This document shows positions 1-10,306 of a stretch of 64,000 bases of DNA, piece by piece. Below the pieces are notes generated by a model that searched no databases, was not told the DNA's origin, and worked only from the letters and a program-made list of their open reading frames with translations. Position 1 is the stretch's first letter; each line of letters starts with the position of its first letter. Where the stretch lies: positions 85,667 through 149,666 of the forward strand of contig JAYVZS010000054.1 of assembly GCA_043783155.1 (NCBI GenBank). Reading direction: 5' to 3'. Both the position numbers and the translations under genes were made by a program. The DNA is from Bacteroidota bacterium (lineage in GTDB: Bacteria > Bacteroidota > Bacteroidia > AKYH767-A > 2013-40CM-41-45).

Positions 1-405
1 TCCCGATACGTGCATTACTTTTTTTTCATTCTCATAGAGCGACAACGCCTTATTCATATATACTAAAAAACCGGGAGACGTTACCAAATCATCTTCCAGC
101 ACAATTATTTTTCCGGCAGTAGTGATCGTTTCAGTAATCCCTTTGATGATTGATTCTGCCAGCCCGTAGTTTTTTTTACGCAGAACAATCTCGACTTTCG
201 AACACCATGATTTTTCGCGGATTAATTTTCTTACTTCTTCGATTCTTTGACGTTGTAATTCAGTTGCATTTTCTGACGGACCGTCAGCATAGATAATTAA
301 CCTGCTTTTGTCAGCTAAGATGTTTTTTGACAATGCCTCCAGTGTTTGTCTTGTGTGCAGGGGACGATTGTAAACAAAAAGTACGATTGGAACCGGTTCA
401 GACAT
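1..405 (-). CDS. Glycosyltransferase (GT-A/GT2-like), 3'-partial
   Basis: Not in ORF track (runs off window). ATG at 405 reads MSEPVPIVLFVYNRPLHTRQTLEAL...IYADGP...KNYGLAESII...IIVLEDDLVTSPGF; overlaps the asnB stop by 8 bp. Confidence 0.85.
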   Translation of the reverse strand, partial: MSEPVPIVLFVYNRPLHTRQTLEALSKNILADKSRLIIYADGPSENATELQRQRIEEVRKLIREKSWCSKVEIVLRKKNYGLAESIIKGITETITTAGKIIVLEDDLVTSPGFLVYMNKALSLYENEKKVMHVSG

Positions 406-2218
406 GTTGATTAATCTTTAACCCTTTTTCCCAAATGTACGGAATTATTTTTTCAAACAATTGCCCTCCGCTTAACGGATTTTCTTCCCGCTGTTCAATT
501 AATTTAGTGATGGCATTTTTTGTCTCTGAAGGATTAATTGTAGATGAATTTCGGAAATCTGCAGTTTCCATTTCATCCATCAGCCATTCTTTGAACTCCT
601 TTTTTTTTACCCATACGTCAATAGGAGAGTTGAACCCGATTTTACTTTTACGTGTACGAACTTTTTCGGGGATAATTCCTTTCAGCGCCTCGCGGACGAT
701 TGCTTTCGTATATCCTCCTCTCACTTTTGACGTGTAAGGAATTGAAAATGCAAATTGTAAAATCCGGTAATCCAAAAAAGGCATTCGTATTTCCACTCCG
801 TTTATCATCGAATACCTGTCGTAATTTCGCAAAAGAGTTGGAAGAATGTTGAGATAAGTCGATTCATATAAACGCGAATTCAGAAAATCAAAATCAGCAT
901 ATTTTTTTTGCAAGGCAGGTTCTTTCGCGAGCTTTCTGATAAATGAATATTTGTTTACTAATGCAAACTTCAAATTATTGAAATAGTTATTTTGCGGTTG
1001 TACATAACAATTTGAAATAGTGCCTGCAATTTGACTGAACTCGAAAACGTTTGGGAGCGAGTCGATAAGGGCTGTGGTTAAATCAAATGCATAACCGCCA
1101 AATAATTCATCGGCGCCATGTCCATCGATACTCACTTTAACATTTTTATTTTTCATCTGACGATACAATTGAACAAACGGAATGGTAGGTGCAGAGTATA
1201 ATTCCTCAAACATGTATGACTGATAAAACAATTCATTCAGTTCCCGGATGGGATCGATCTCAACAAAGTCGGCTTTTATATCGATCAGGTCAGTGACTGA
1301 TTTTGCATATTCGGTTTCATCCATGACGGTCCCCGGAAATGTAGCAACGAAGGCATGCTGCCAGTCAACATCTACTGAATTCGTTTTTGAAATGTGGTTC
1401 ATCGCGCAAATCACCGCGCTTGAGTCAATACCACCGCTCAATGCAGTCCCGACAGTAACATCAGATCTCATTCTTATTTTGCATGCGTCAAAAAAAAGTT
1501 CTCTGAACATTTCCACCTGGTCTCGGTAATTTTTGGGAACAGCGATTCTTTCCTCCAGAGGATTCCAGAATTTTTCGATGACCAGTTTTCCATCCTTATA
1601 AATGCCAAAGCTTCCTGCAGGAAAACGAGAAATATTTTTTACCAGGCATCGGTCGGTTATTTCATAAGAAAAATTATTTCTCTTTGCCTCATCAAGTAAA
1701 TCGAAATTGATATCTGTTCCGTTCAGGAAAGGATAAAGCGCTTTCATTTCTGATGCAAATGCAAATCCGTTTCTTACATAAGAATAGAATAAAGGTTTCT
1801 TTCCGATGCGGTCGCGCGATAAGAAAAGTGTTTTCTCTTTTTTGTCCCAGATACCAAAAGCCCACATTCCGTTAACCTTTTTCAGAAACGCTTTTCCCCA
1901 ATGAGCAAAGGAATACAGAAGTACTTCAGTATCCGATTTGCTTTTAAAAACATAGCCGAGCAATTCGAGTTCGGTTCTCAACTCTTTGTAATTGTAAATT
2001 TCGCCGTTGAATGAAATGACAAACCTGTCTAAAATCTCCATCGGTTGTTTGCCGGTTTCAGACAAATCGATAATGGCCAAACGCCGGTGACCGAGAAAAA
2101 TATTTTCTTCTTTCCAAATTCCCCATCCGTCAGGACCACGATGCGACAGTCGATTCAGCGAGTGCATGAAGCTGCCTTCGTCCATTCCTTCTCCAACATA
2201 TCCTGATATACCGCACAT
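398..2218 (-). CDS. asnB: Asparagine synthase (glutamine-hydrolyzing) family amidotransferase, probably glycan-modifying
   Basis: MCGI Ntn start, HRGPD, GHRRLAIIDLS, FNGEIYNY, LSGGIDSS, GHGADELFGGY, RMPFLD; located in a glycan locus. Confidence 0.92.
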   Translation of the reverse strand: MCGISGYVGEGMDEGSFMHSLNRLSHRGPDGWGIWKEENIFLGHRRLAIIDLSETGKQPMEILDRFVISFNGEIYNYKELRTELELLGYVFKSKSDTEVLLYSFAHWGKAFLKKVNGMWAFGIWDKKEKTLFLSRDRIGKKPLFYSYVRNGFAFASEMKALYPFLNGTDINFDLLDEAKRNNFSYEITDRCLVKNISRFPAGSFGIYKDGKLVIEKFWNPLEERIAVPKNYRDQVEMFRELFFDACKIRMRSDVTVGTALSGGIDSSAVICAMNHISKTNSVDVDWQHAFVATFPGTVMDETEYAKSVTDLIDIKADFVEIDPIRELNELFYQSYMFEELYSAPTIPFVQLYRQMKNKNVKVSIDGHGADELFGGYAFDLTTALIDSLPNVFEFSQIAGTISNCYVQPQNNYFNNLKFALVNKYSFIRKLAKEPALQKKYADFDFLNSRLYESTYLNILPTLLRNYDRYSMINGVEIRMPFLDYRILQFAFSIPYTSKVRGGYTKAIVREALKGIIPEKVRTRKSKIGFNSPIDVWVKKKEFKEWLMDEMETADFRNSSTINPSETKNAITKLIEQREENPLSGGQLFEKIIPYIWEKGLKINQHV

Positions 2219-2348
2219 AATTTAAAGCATCATGATTAAATACCCTTGAATTTATTCTTTACCTGGTTCACTGCCTGTCATTTTTTTAACGGGATTAAAT
2301 TAAAGGCAACTTATTATCGATAATTTGAAATCCTGAAAAAATAAAAAG

Positions 2349-3290
2349 TCAGGCAATGTCTTTGCCAAAACGATCCCGGTATTCTTTGTAAGTTGCCGCA
2401 ATTCCTTCTCTTAAATTAATTTTTGGTTTCCATCCCAGCTGGTGAATGCGTGTTGAGTCCATCAGTTTTTTAGGCGTGCCATCAGGCCGGCTGGCGTTGA
2501 AAATAATTTTTCCGGAAAATCCAACCGCTTCTTTTACAATCTCAGCAAGCTCTCTGATGGTTACATCATCACCAAACCCGATGTTAAGAAAGGACGATTC
2601 ATTGTAATTTAACATCAACAGATAACATGCTTCCGCGAGATCATCCACATGTAAAAATTCGCGAAATGGTTTTCCGCTGCCCCAGACTTCTACTTCCGTC
2701 ACCATCTTTATTTTTGCTTCATGAAATTTTCTGATCAATGCAGGAAGCACATGAGAGTTTTCAAGATCGTAATTGTCATTCGGCCCGTATAGGTTGGTTG
2801 GCATCGCAGAAATGAAATTGCATCCGTATTGGCTTCGGTATGATTCGCATAATTTTATGCCGGCGATTTTTGCGATGGCATACGGCTCATTCGTACTTTC
2901 AAGATATCCTGAAAGAAGGTATTCTTCTTTCAATGGCTGTGGTGCAAGTTTTGGATAGATGCAGGAAGAACCGAGAAACAAAAGTTTTTTCACTTTGCTT
3001 TCGTATGCCGAATGAATCACATTTAACTCGATGTAAAGGTTGTCGCGCAGAAACTCAGCCCTGTAAATATTGTTTGCATTGATGCCTCCAACTTTTGCAG
3101 CAGCGATAAAAACATACTCCGGTTTTTCTGCTTTGAAAAAATCAGAAACGGCTTGCTGGTTTCTTAAGTCAAGTTCTGCCGATGTACGCATTACAAGGTT
3201 CTCAAAACCCTGTCGTTTCAATTGTCGAACAATGGCAGAGCCAACCATTCCGCGATGACCGGCAATATATATTTTGGAATCTTTGTGCAT
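2349..3290 (-). CDS. fcl: GDP-L-fucose synthase
   Basis: [42 protein letters not shown]; adjacent to gmd. Confidence 0.96.
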   Translation of the reverse strand: MHKDSKIYIAGHRGMVGSAIVRQLKRQGFENLVMRTSAELDLRNQQAVSDFFKAEKPEYVFIAAAKVGGINANNIYRAEFLRDNLYIELNVIHSAYESKVKKLLFLGSSCIYPKLAPQPLKEEYLLSGYLESTNEPYAIAKIAGIKLCESYRSQYGCNFISAMPTNLYGPNDNYDLENSHVLPALIRKFHEAKIKMVTEVEVWGSGKPFREFLHVDDLAEACYLLMLNYNESSFLNIGFGDDVTIRELAEIVKEAVGFSGKIIFNASRPDGTPKKLMDSTRIHQLGWKPKINLREGIAATYKEYRDRFGKDIA

Positions 3291-3337
3291 GAGATGGAAA
3301 CTAAATGCTGGAAATTGTAAGATGGAAATTGGGAAAT

Positions 3338-4450
3338 TTATTCGTGGTAATTAAAAACTTTATGTCCTCCCTCTTTCAAATACTTATCACGTTTAAATAA
3401 ATCAATATCTGCTTCCATCATCTCTTTCACAAGCGCTTTTACGTCATACTTGGGTATCCATCCTAATTTTGTATTTGCTTTTGTCGCATCGCCAAGTAAT
3501 AATTCTACTTCTGTCGGACGGAAATACCGGGTATCCACACTCATCACATTTTTTCCGACCGGCAACTGGTAGTTCGGATTGCTGCATGACTTTACAAATG
3601 CTTTTTCTTCCACGCCTTTTCCTTTGAACTCTACTTCAACTCCCGCTTCAGCAAAAGCCATTTTCAAAAAGTCGCGAACAGGAGTAGTCTTGCCGGTAGC
3701 GATCACGAAATCTTCCGGCTTGTCGTGCTGCAACATCAGCCACATCGCTTCGATGTAATCTTTTGCATGTCCCCAGTCGCGCTTGGCATCCAGGTTTCCA
3801 AGATATACCTGGTCCTGCAATCCCAGTACAATGCGTGCGACACCACGGGTAATTTTTCTGGAGACAAATGTTTCTCCGCGCAATGGAGATTCGTGGTTGA
3901 AAAGAATTCCGTTTACAGCAAACATGTTGTATGCTTCGCGGTAATTCACCGTTATCCAGTAGCCATACATTTTTGCAACTGCATAAGGAGATCGTGGATA
4001 GAAAGGAGTTTTTTCTGATTGAGGAATTTCCTGAACGAGACCATACAGTTCAGATGTGGAGGCCTGGTAAATTCTTGTCTTTTTTATCATGCCGAGTAAA
4101 CGTACCGCTTCAAGCACTCGCAAGATACCGAGGCCGTCGGTATTGGCAGTGTACTCAGGAGTTTCAAAACTTACTTTTACGTGACTCATTGCGCCGAGGT
4201 TGTAAATTTCATCGGGTTGAACTTCCTGTATAATGCGGATGATATTGGTGGAATCGGTGAGATCACCATAATGCATTTTAAATTTCACATTGGTCTCGTG
4301 CGGATCTTTATAAAGATGATCCACACGCTCGGTATTGAAGAGCGAACTTCTTCTTTTGATGCCGTGAACTTCATAACCCTTCTTAAGGAGGAACTCCGCG
4401 AGGTAAGCTCCGTCTTGTCCTGTGATACCCGTAATTAAAGCAACTTTCAT
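3338..4450 (-). CDS. gmd: GDP-mannose 4,6-dehydratase
   Basis: [45 protein letters not shown]. Confidence 0.97.
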   Translation of the reverse strand: MKVALITGITGQDGAYLAEFLLKKGYEVHGIKRRSSLFNTERVDHLYKDPHETNVKFKMHYGDLTDSTNIIRIIQEVQPDEIYNLGAMSHVKVSFETPEYTANTDGLGILRVLEAVRLLGMIKKTRIYQASTSELYGLVQEIPQSEKTPFYPRSPYAVAKMYGYWITVNYREAYNMFAVNGILFNHESPLRGETFVSRKITRGVARIVLGLQDQVYLGNLDAKRDWGHAKDYIEAMWLMLQHDKPEDFVIATGKTTPVRDFLKMAFAEAGVEVEFKGKGVEEKAFVKSCSNPNYQLPVGKNVMSVDTRYFRPTEVELLLGDATKANTKLGWIPKYDVKALVKEMMEADIDLFKRDKYLKEGGHKVFNYHE

Positions 4451-4492
4451 AGCTATAGAACGATGATTTTATTGGTTGAACGATTTAAAATC

Positions 4493-4500
4493 CAAAAGTA
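4493..4500 (-). promoter_or_regulatory. Bacteroidota housekeeping -7 box (TACTTTTG) upstream of gmd
   Basis: Matches TAnnTTTG about 43 nt upstream of the gmd ATG. Confidence 0.55.
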
Positions 4501-4665
4501 CAAAATAAATTCAGCAAGAGTTTTTTAATAGTGGATTCGAAGGAAAGTACAATTTATTAGCTATTCGTAATTTAGGTTGCCTGTCTCGATTCTTTCTGGA
4601 ATGTTCGGTGACTTTGCCTGCACGCTTTATTTTCTCCCAACTCCGAACTAATTACTCCCGCTTGA

Positions 4666-4673
4666 TATATTTG
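4666..4673 (+). promoter_or_regulatory. Bacteroidota housekeeping -7 box (TATATTTG) upstream of rdgB
   Basis: Matches TAnnTTTG 23 nt upstream of ATG 4697. Confidence 0.55.
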
Positions 4674-4696
4674 CATTTTATTAACTGAATACAACC

Positions 4697-5311
4697 ATGG
4701 CAGGCGACAAATTAAAACTGGTTTTTGCGACCAATAATCAACATAAACTGAAGGAAATTAAAGCGATGCTGAAGGATTCGATTACGATTCTAAGTCTCCG
4801 GGACATTGGTTGTGATGATGAACTTCCGGAAACATCTGCAACTCTCACGGGTAATGCATTGCAAAAGGCAAACTATGTTTTTGAAAAATATGGAATGGCT
4901 TGCTTTGCTGATGATACGGGTTTGGAAATTGACGCACTTGGAGGAAGGCCGGGAGTTTATTCCGCCCGCTTTGCCGGACTCAATGCGAGTTACCAGGAGA
5001 ACGTAGAGAAAGTACTTACTGAAATGAAAGGTGTTGAAAACCGGAATGCGAGATTCAAAACCGTTATCGCACTCATCACTGAAAATGAACAGAAATGTTT
5101 TGATGGAGTTATTGAAGGAGAAATCACCATGGAAACGAAAGGCAAGGGAGGTTTCGGATACGATCCCGTTTTTCTTCCCATAGGAACCGGTAAAACATTT
5201 GCGGAGATGACTGAAGATGAAAAAAATAAAATAAGCCATCGCGGAAGGGCGTTAATCGGATTGATTGATTACCTCGGCAAAGCGGATGTAATTCGTGATC
5301 ATTCAAACTGA
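4697..5311 (+). CDS. rdgB: Non-canonical purine NTP pyrophosphatase (RdgB/HAM1)
   Basis: FATNNQHK, ADDTGLEIDALGGRPGVYSARFAG, GFGYDPVF, KNKISHRGRA. Confidence 0.95.
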   Translation: MAGDKLKLVFATNNQHKLKEIKAMLKDSITILSLRDIGCDDELPETSATLTGNALQKANYVFEKYGMACFADDTGLEIDALGGRPGVYSARFAGLNASYQENVEKVLTEMKGVENRNARFKTVIALITENEQKCFDGVIEGEITMETKGKGGFGYDPVFLPIGTGKTFAEMTEDEKNKISHRGRALIGLIDYLGKADVIRDHSN

Positions 5312-5392
5312 TTCTGTTTTGCTTCCATCGTGAACGTAGTATCCTGAATAAAATAATTCCGACATTTACCTCATTCTGAAATCTGTTTCTGT

Positions 5393-5926
5393 ATGGACAT
5401 CTCCAAAAACTTAGCTGGTACGTTACTTTACTTTGTACCGGCACTGCTGGTGTTCTTTGCCATGTTTATGCTGGTGAAAAAATTTCTTGATAGAGGTTAT
5501 AAACGCCAGATCATAGAAGTAAAACGTTCCATGCAAAAAGAATCGCTCCCGTTAAAGTTACAGGCATTCGAGCGGCTGGTTTTATTTCTCGAACGCATTT
5601 CTCCGAATAGTTTGCTTGTCAGAACGCATCGCGCCGGTGTTTCCGCGACGCAGCTTCACAGCGATTTGCTTGCAACCATCCGCGCCGAATTTGAACACAA
5701 TCTTTCACAACAGATTTACATTTCCGGTTCCGCATGGGAAGTGGTGAAAAATTCAAAAGAAGATACTTTGAGGATGATCAACAATGCCTATAGTCAGGTA
5801 GGTCAACATGCAAACGGCATTCAGCTCAGTTCAGAAATATTTGAACAGATGATGAAAGAAGAAGGTATTCCGACTCAGAAAGCAATTGACTTTTTAAAAT
5901 CTGAAGCGAAGCAATTACTCGGATGA
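5393..5926 (+). CDS. Membrane-anchored hypothetical protein (one N-terminal TM helix)
   Basis: 177-aa ORF co-oriented with neighbours; hydrophobic N-terminus; LQAFERLVLFLERISP...EFEHNLSQQIY segment typical of a conserved Bacteroidota family. Confidence 0.75.
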   Translation: MDISKNLAGTLLYFVPALLVFFAMFMLVKKFLDRGYKRQIIEVKRSMQKESLPLKLQAFERLVLFLERISPNSLLVRTHRAGVSATQLHSDLLATIRAEFEHNLSQQIYISGSAWEVVKNSKEDTLRMINNAYSQVGQHANGIQLSSEIFEQMMKEEGIPTQKAIDFLKSEAKQLLG

Positions 5927-5987
5927 TTTGATGATTAACTGATTATAAAAGTATACCAGGATTTCTAACACAGTAAATATTTTAAAA

Positions 5988-7541
5988 ATGTCGGACGAGA
6001 AAAGGATTTTTACGGAAAGCGGAATAGAAATTAAATCGGTTTATTTTTCTCATGAGTCGCTGAAAGAAATTCCGGGTGAGTTTCCATTCACGCGCGGTAT
6101 TCAGCCCGACATGTATCGAAGTAAGCAATGGACCATGCGCCAGTATGCAGGTTTTTCGACGGCTGAAGAATCAAACAAACGCTATCATTATTTATTGGAA
6201 CAAGGACAAACCGGTTTGTCGGTAGCATTTGATCTTCCTACACAAATCGGTTACGATTCTGATCATGCACTTTCTGAAGGAGAAGTGGGGAAAGCCGGAG
6301 TTGCTATTGATTCATTGAACGATGTAGAAGTTTTGTTTGACGGAATTCAATTAGAGAATATTACTACATCGATGACGATCAATTCCACCGCTTCTGTTTT
6401 ACTTGCATTTTATATTGCGCTCGCGAAGAAACAAGGCGCTGATCTGAAAAAAATTTCAGGAACCATTCAAAATGATTTGTTGAAAGAATACGCAGCACGC
6501 GGAACATATATTTATCCGCCTAAACCTTCTATGCGGATCATCACCGATATTTTTGAATTCTGCACGAAGGAAGTTCCGAAGTGGAACACGATTTCAATTT
6601 CAGGGTATCATATTCGTGAAGCCGGCTCAACAGCCGTCCAGGAACTGGCTTTCACTTTATCCAATGGCAAAGCGTATGTGAAAGCAGCGATTGAAAAAGG
6701 TCTCGACATCAATGTATTTGGAAAACGACTTTCGTTTTTCTTTAACGCGCACAACAATTTATTCCAGGAAGCAGCCAAGTTTCGCGCAGCGCGGAGGATG
6801 TGGGCGAATATCATGAAGGAGCTCGGTGCTACCGATCAACGCGCGATGATGCTGAGGTTTCATACGCAAACCGGTGGATCAACACTCACTGCGCAGCAGC
6901 CAATGAATAATGTAACGCGTGTAACCTTGCAGGCGTTGTCAGCTGTGCTTGGCGGAACACAATCGCTTCACACGAACGGGTACGACGAAGCCATGAGTTT
7001 GCCGACGGAAGAAGCGGCTCGCATCGCGCTTCGTACGCAGCAGATCATCGCTCATGAAAGTGGAGTAGTGGATACCGTTGATCCGCTTGCAGGATCTTAT
7101 TTTGTTGAAACACTTACCGATGAACTGGAAGCGAAGGCGTGGGAATACATTCAGCGAATTGATGCCATGGGCGGAGCGGTGAACGCGATTGAATCAGGTT
7201 ATATGCAAAATGAAATTGCGCGGGCTTCGTATGATTATCAGCAATCCATTGAAAAGAATGAAAGGATCATCGTCGGCGTGAATAAATTTACGATGGAAGA
7301 AAGACCGTTCGATAAATATTTTGTAATTGATGATTCAATCCGTTTGTTGCAGATTGATAAACTGAAAAAACTCAAAGCGGAACGCGATCAATCAAGAGTT
7401 ACTTCTTCACTATTAAAAATTGAAACCGCAGCAAAAGAAAATACGAACCTGATGCCTTGTATCATTGAAGCCGTAGAAAATTATGCAACCCTGGGAGAAA
7501 TTTCTGACGTGATGAGGAAGGTCTTCGGGGAATACAGGTAA
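5988..7541 (+). CDS. Methylmalonyl-CoA mutase family, substrate-binding (large) subunit only
   Basis: [49 protein letters not shown]; no DxHxxG cobalamin-binding domain. Confidence 0.92.
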   Translation: MSDEKRIFTESGIEIKSVYFSHESLKEIPGEFPFTRGIQPDMYRSKQWTMRQYAGFSTAEESNKRYHYLLEQGQTGLSVAFDLPTQIGYDSDHALSEGEVGKAGVAIDSLNDVEVLFDGIQLENITTSMTINSTASVLLAFYIALAKKQGADLKKISGTIQNDLLKEYAARGTYIYPPKPSMRIITDIFEFCTKEVPKWNTISISGYHIREAGSTAVQELAFTLSNGKAYVKAAIEKGLDINVFGKRLSFFFNAHNNLFQEAAKFRAARRMWANIMKELGATDQRAMMLRFHTQTGGSTLTAQQPMNNVTRVTLQALSAVLGGTQSLHTNGYDEAMSLPTEEAARIALRTQQIIAHESGVVDTVDPLAGSYFVETLTDELEAKAWEYIQRIDAMGGAVNAIESGYMQNEIARASYDYQQSIEKNERIIVGVNKFTMEERPFDKYFVIDDSIRLLQIDKLKKLKAERDQSRVTSSLLKIETAAKENTNLMPCIIEAVENYATLGEISDVMRKVFGEYR

Positions 7542-7560
7542 TTGGAGAGTGCGATGCAAA

Positions 7561-7890
7561 TTACTTCTTTGCTGTGTTCTCCTGAACAATTACATACACA
7601 TCTTCATTGTCGCGTTTCATCCTGTATTTTTCTCGCGCGTACCTCTCCATGTTTTTCTGATTCGTGAGAAGATCTGTTACTTCCGCTTTGTTCTTCACGA
7701 TTTCTTCTATGTAGTAATCACGCTCCTTCTGAAGAGAATGAAGTTTACTTCTGTAAGCATGCTGAGTGATGAAATCGTTCCGGTCAAAAAATGAAAGCCA
7801 TATCAAAAAAGAAAATGCTGTGATGAAGTATTTATTCTTCAGCAGATTTCGATACGGCTCTGGAATGCTTTTCAGGAAATTATTTTTCAT
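7561..7890 (-). CDS. Septum formation initiator (FtsB/DivIC family)
   Basis: One TM helix, coiled coil, ERYAREKYRMKRDNEDVY motif; TACATTTG box at 7896-7903. Confidence 0.85.
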   Translation of the reverse strand: MKNNFLKSIPEPYRNLLKNKYFITAFSFLIWLSFFDRNDFITQHAYRSKLHSLQKERDYYIEEIVKNKAEVTDLLTNQKNMERYAREKYRMKRDNEDVYVIVQENTAKK

Positions 7891-7996
7891 TTGCTCAAAT
7901 GTACCACTGTTTACGTGAGTAACGGAAAATGAACCGGACTAATTTTGTAACAGACGGTTGTTCATAATAACCAAATGCTTTCAGAATGCTGCTGCG

Positions 7997-9394
7997 CTAC
8001 ACTTTCACTTTCTTCCAGTTGCCTTTTCGGAAATAGTACCAGGCAACCAAAGCGATCAGGGTTTCCGCGGCGGGTATGGAAATAAAAGCTCCTGTAGATT
8101 TCATATCGAGACCTTTTGCCAGTAAATACGCGAGCGGAACCTGGAACATCCAGAAACAAACAAAGTTGATGATGGTCGGAGTTCTTGTATCTCCTGCGCC
8201 ATTCAGCGACTGCGTCATCACCATCGCAATGCCGTAGAAAATATATCCGACTCCGATAATTCGCAAGGCCCTGGCGCCATAGCTGACAACCGCTTCATCA
8301 TTTGTAAAAATCCGGATGATCGGGTCCGCGAAAAAAACGAACAGCACGGTGACGAATCCCATAAAGATGGCATTGTATTTTGCCGTGAGGAAAACACTTT
8401 TCTCAGCCCGCTCTATTTCCTTTGCTCCGAGATTTTGTCCCACCAATGTTGCTGCTGCATTGCTCAATCCCCACGCGGGCAGAATAAAGAATATGACATT
8501 GCGAATCGCTATCTGATAACCTGCTGACGCAGTTGTTCCGCCTGTTTCGGCTACTAAACGCGCCAGTATGATCCAACTTCCGCTGGCAATGATAAACTGC
8601 AAAGCGGCTGGCCATGCAATTTTAATGAGAGATTGAATGACTTCCGCATCGAACCTGAAATGCTGGGAATGAAATTTTAAAATACCACTTCCCTTAAAAA
8701 GATGATAGCATTGGTAAAACACTCCCGTGCTTCTTCCGATGACAGTTGCGATTGCGGCACCTTTTAATCCGAAGAAGTGAATGAAAATCGGGCAGAGGAT
8801 AATGTTGATGATGCTGGCAATCCATAAACTTTTCATTGCCATCGCTGCGTCACCGGCTCCGCGAAATATTCCGTTGATGAGAAATAATAAAAAAATTCCG
8901 GCGCTTCCACCCATCATAATGCGTGTGAAAATGGTTCCTTCAGAAACTACATCTTTGCTCGCGCCCATCAACGATAATATATCTCCTGCGAACACCATTC
9001 CGGCAATGCTTAAAACAAGTGTTGCCAATATAGCTATCATCAGTGATTGCGCTCCCGCATGCGCTGCCGCTTCCGGATTTTTTTCGCCCGTTCTTCTTGC
9101 CACCACAGCTGTAGCTGCTGTGCTTAAACCAATCGCGATCGAATAAATAATGGTCAATACCGATTCTGTTAAGCCAACAGTTGCAATCGCATTCTTTCCC
9201 AGTTTGCTTACAAAAAACATATCGACCACTGCGAATACACTTTCTAAACTTAGCTCGAGGATCATCGGGATCGCCAGCAGGATCACTGCTCTCCGGATGC
9301 TTCCCTGTGTATAATCCATCTGCTCGCCATTGAGTGATTGCCTGATGACGGAAAATACATTACCGATGGTACTTGCTTTATTTCGAGTTGACAT
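7997..9394 (-). CDS. MATE family efflux transporter
   Basis: About 12 TM segments; LAIPMILE, VDMFFVSKLG, FRGAGD, TLVGQNLGA, NGAGDT. Confidence 0.92.
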   Translation of the reverse strand: MSTRNKASTIGNVFSVIRQSLNGEQMDYTQGSIRRAVILLAIPMILELSLESVFAVVDMFFVSKLGKNAIATVGLTESVLTIIYSIAIGLSTAATAVVARRTGEKNPEAAAHAGAQSLMIAILATLVLSIAGMVFAGDILSLMGASKDVVSEGTIFTRIMMGGSAGIFLLFLINGIFRGAGDAAMAMKSLWIASIINIILCPIFIHFFGLKGAAIATVIGRSTGVFYQCYHLFKGSGILKFHSQHFRFDAEVIQSLIKIAWPAALQFIIASGSWIILARLVAETGGTTASAGYQIAIRNVIFFILPAWGLSNAAATLVGQNLGAKEIERAEKSVFLTAKYNAIFMGFVTVLFVFFADPIIRIFTNDEAVVSYGARALRIIGVGYIFYGIAMVMTQSLNGAGDTRTPTIINFVCFWMFQVPLAYLLAKGLDMKSTGAFISIPAAETLIALVAWYYFRKGNWKKVKV

Positions 9395-9595
9395 ATTTAA
9401 TCAGGAAAACGTTTTGGAAAATGATCTTGAAAAAATAATTAGAGTAAAATAATTTCACCTGTTCATTCAAAATAAATATTCAACAAGAAGTTCATCTTAC
9501 CGATATTGAATAAAGTGTCGAAGTAAAGCAGGATAATTTTTCCATTTCTCTCATTGGCGCGGCAGATAAAAGATTAATTAAATGATGAATCTATT

Positions 9596-10138
9596 TTAAT
9601 CTTCTTTTATCAGGTAGAGTTTATTGTCCTCAACGAGGTAAAGCATCGGCGCAATTTTGATGTTCGGATAACGAAGTCGCAGTCGTTTTGTTTCGCTCAG
9701 AATGAAATCTGTTTCACTTCCTATTTCATACATCGGAGCGAAGTGAAGAAAATGATCTTCCGCCTGGTCTCTGTCCCAGCCCGCAACGTCAACCAGTCCT
9801 TTGATGAACTGATCTTTTCTCGAAATCAGGTTGACCATGCCGCAGTGGTTGTGTCCGATCAGTGCGATGTGTCTGACTCCGCCAACAGAAACAGCAAACG
9901 AAACTTTAAATTCACTGTACCTTAAATTGGCACCACCTGTCCGGATGATGAAAGAAAAATTATCAGGCATGTGCAAATGCTTCCGGTTGTCCATGCACAT
10001 TCCGACAAGCAATTTTGCATTTTGATACTCGTCAAACGGTTTGTTTAAATTATGGTATTCCAGAAGCAATCCAATAGGAGTGTCGCGGTATTCCGGAAGA
10101 ATGTCGTCTTTGGATTGAATAGAAAGAAGTTGGCTCAT
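9596..10138 (-). CDS. Beta-class carbonic anhydrase family protein
   Basis: Zinc ligand motifs CMDNR and HNHCG; IIRTGGAN. Confidence 0.85.
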   Translation of the reverse strand: MSQLLSIQSKDDILPEYRDTPIGLLLEYHNLNKPFDEYQNAKLLVGMCMDNRKHLHMPDNFSFIIRTGGANLRYSEFKVSFAVSVGGVRHIALIGHNHCGMVNLISRKDQFIKGLVDVAGWDRDQAEDHFLHFAPMYEIGSETDFILSETKRLRLRYPNIKIAPMLYLVEDNKLYLIKED

Positions 10139-10306
10139 CAGTTAGTTTTCTCTTGGAAATTCAGTTAAAATAAAATCGAACAGTAACAAATGTAAAGTAT
10201 TTTAAACAAACCAAAAACGTTTCATGTCTGAGCGGAGTATTTCTGGTGATCACAAACCTGTTGCTCAAAAAACAATCGAGATGAAATAAATTTCCGAAAC
10301 GATCAA

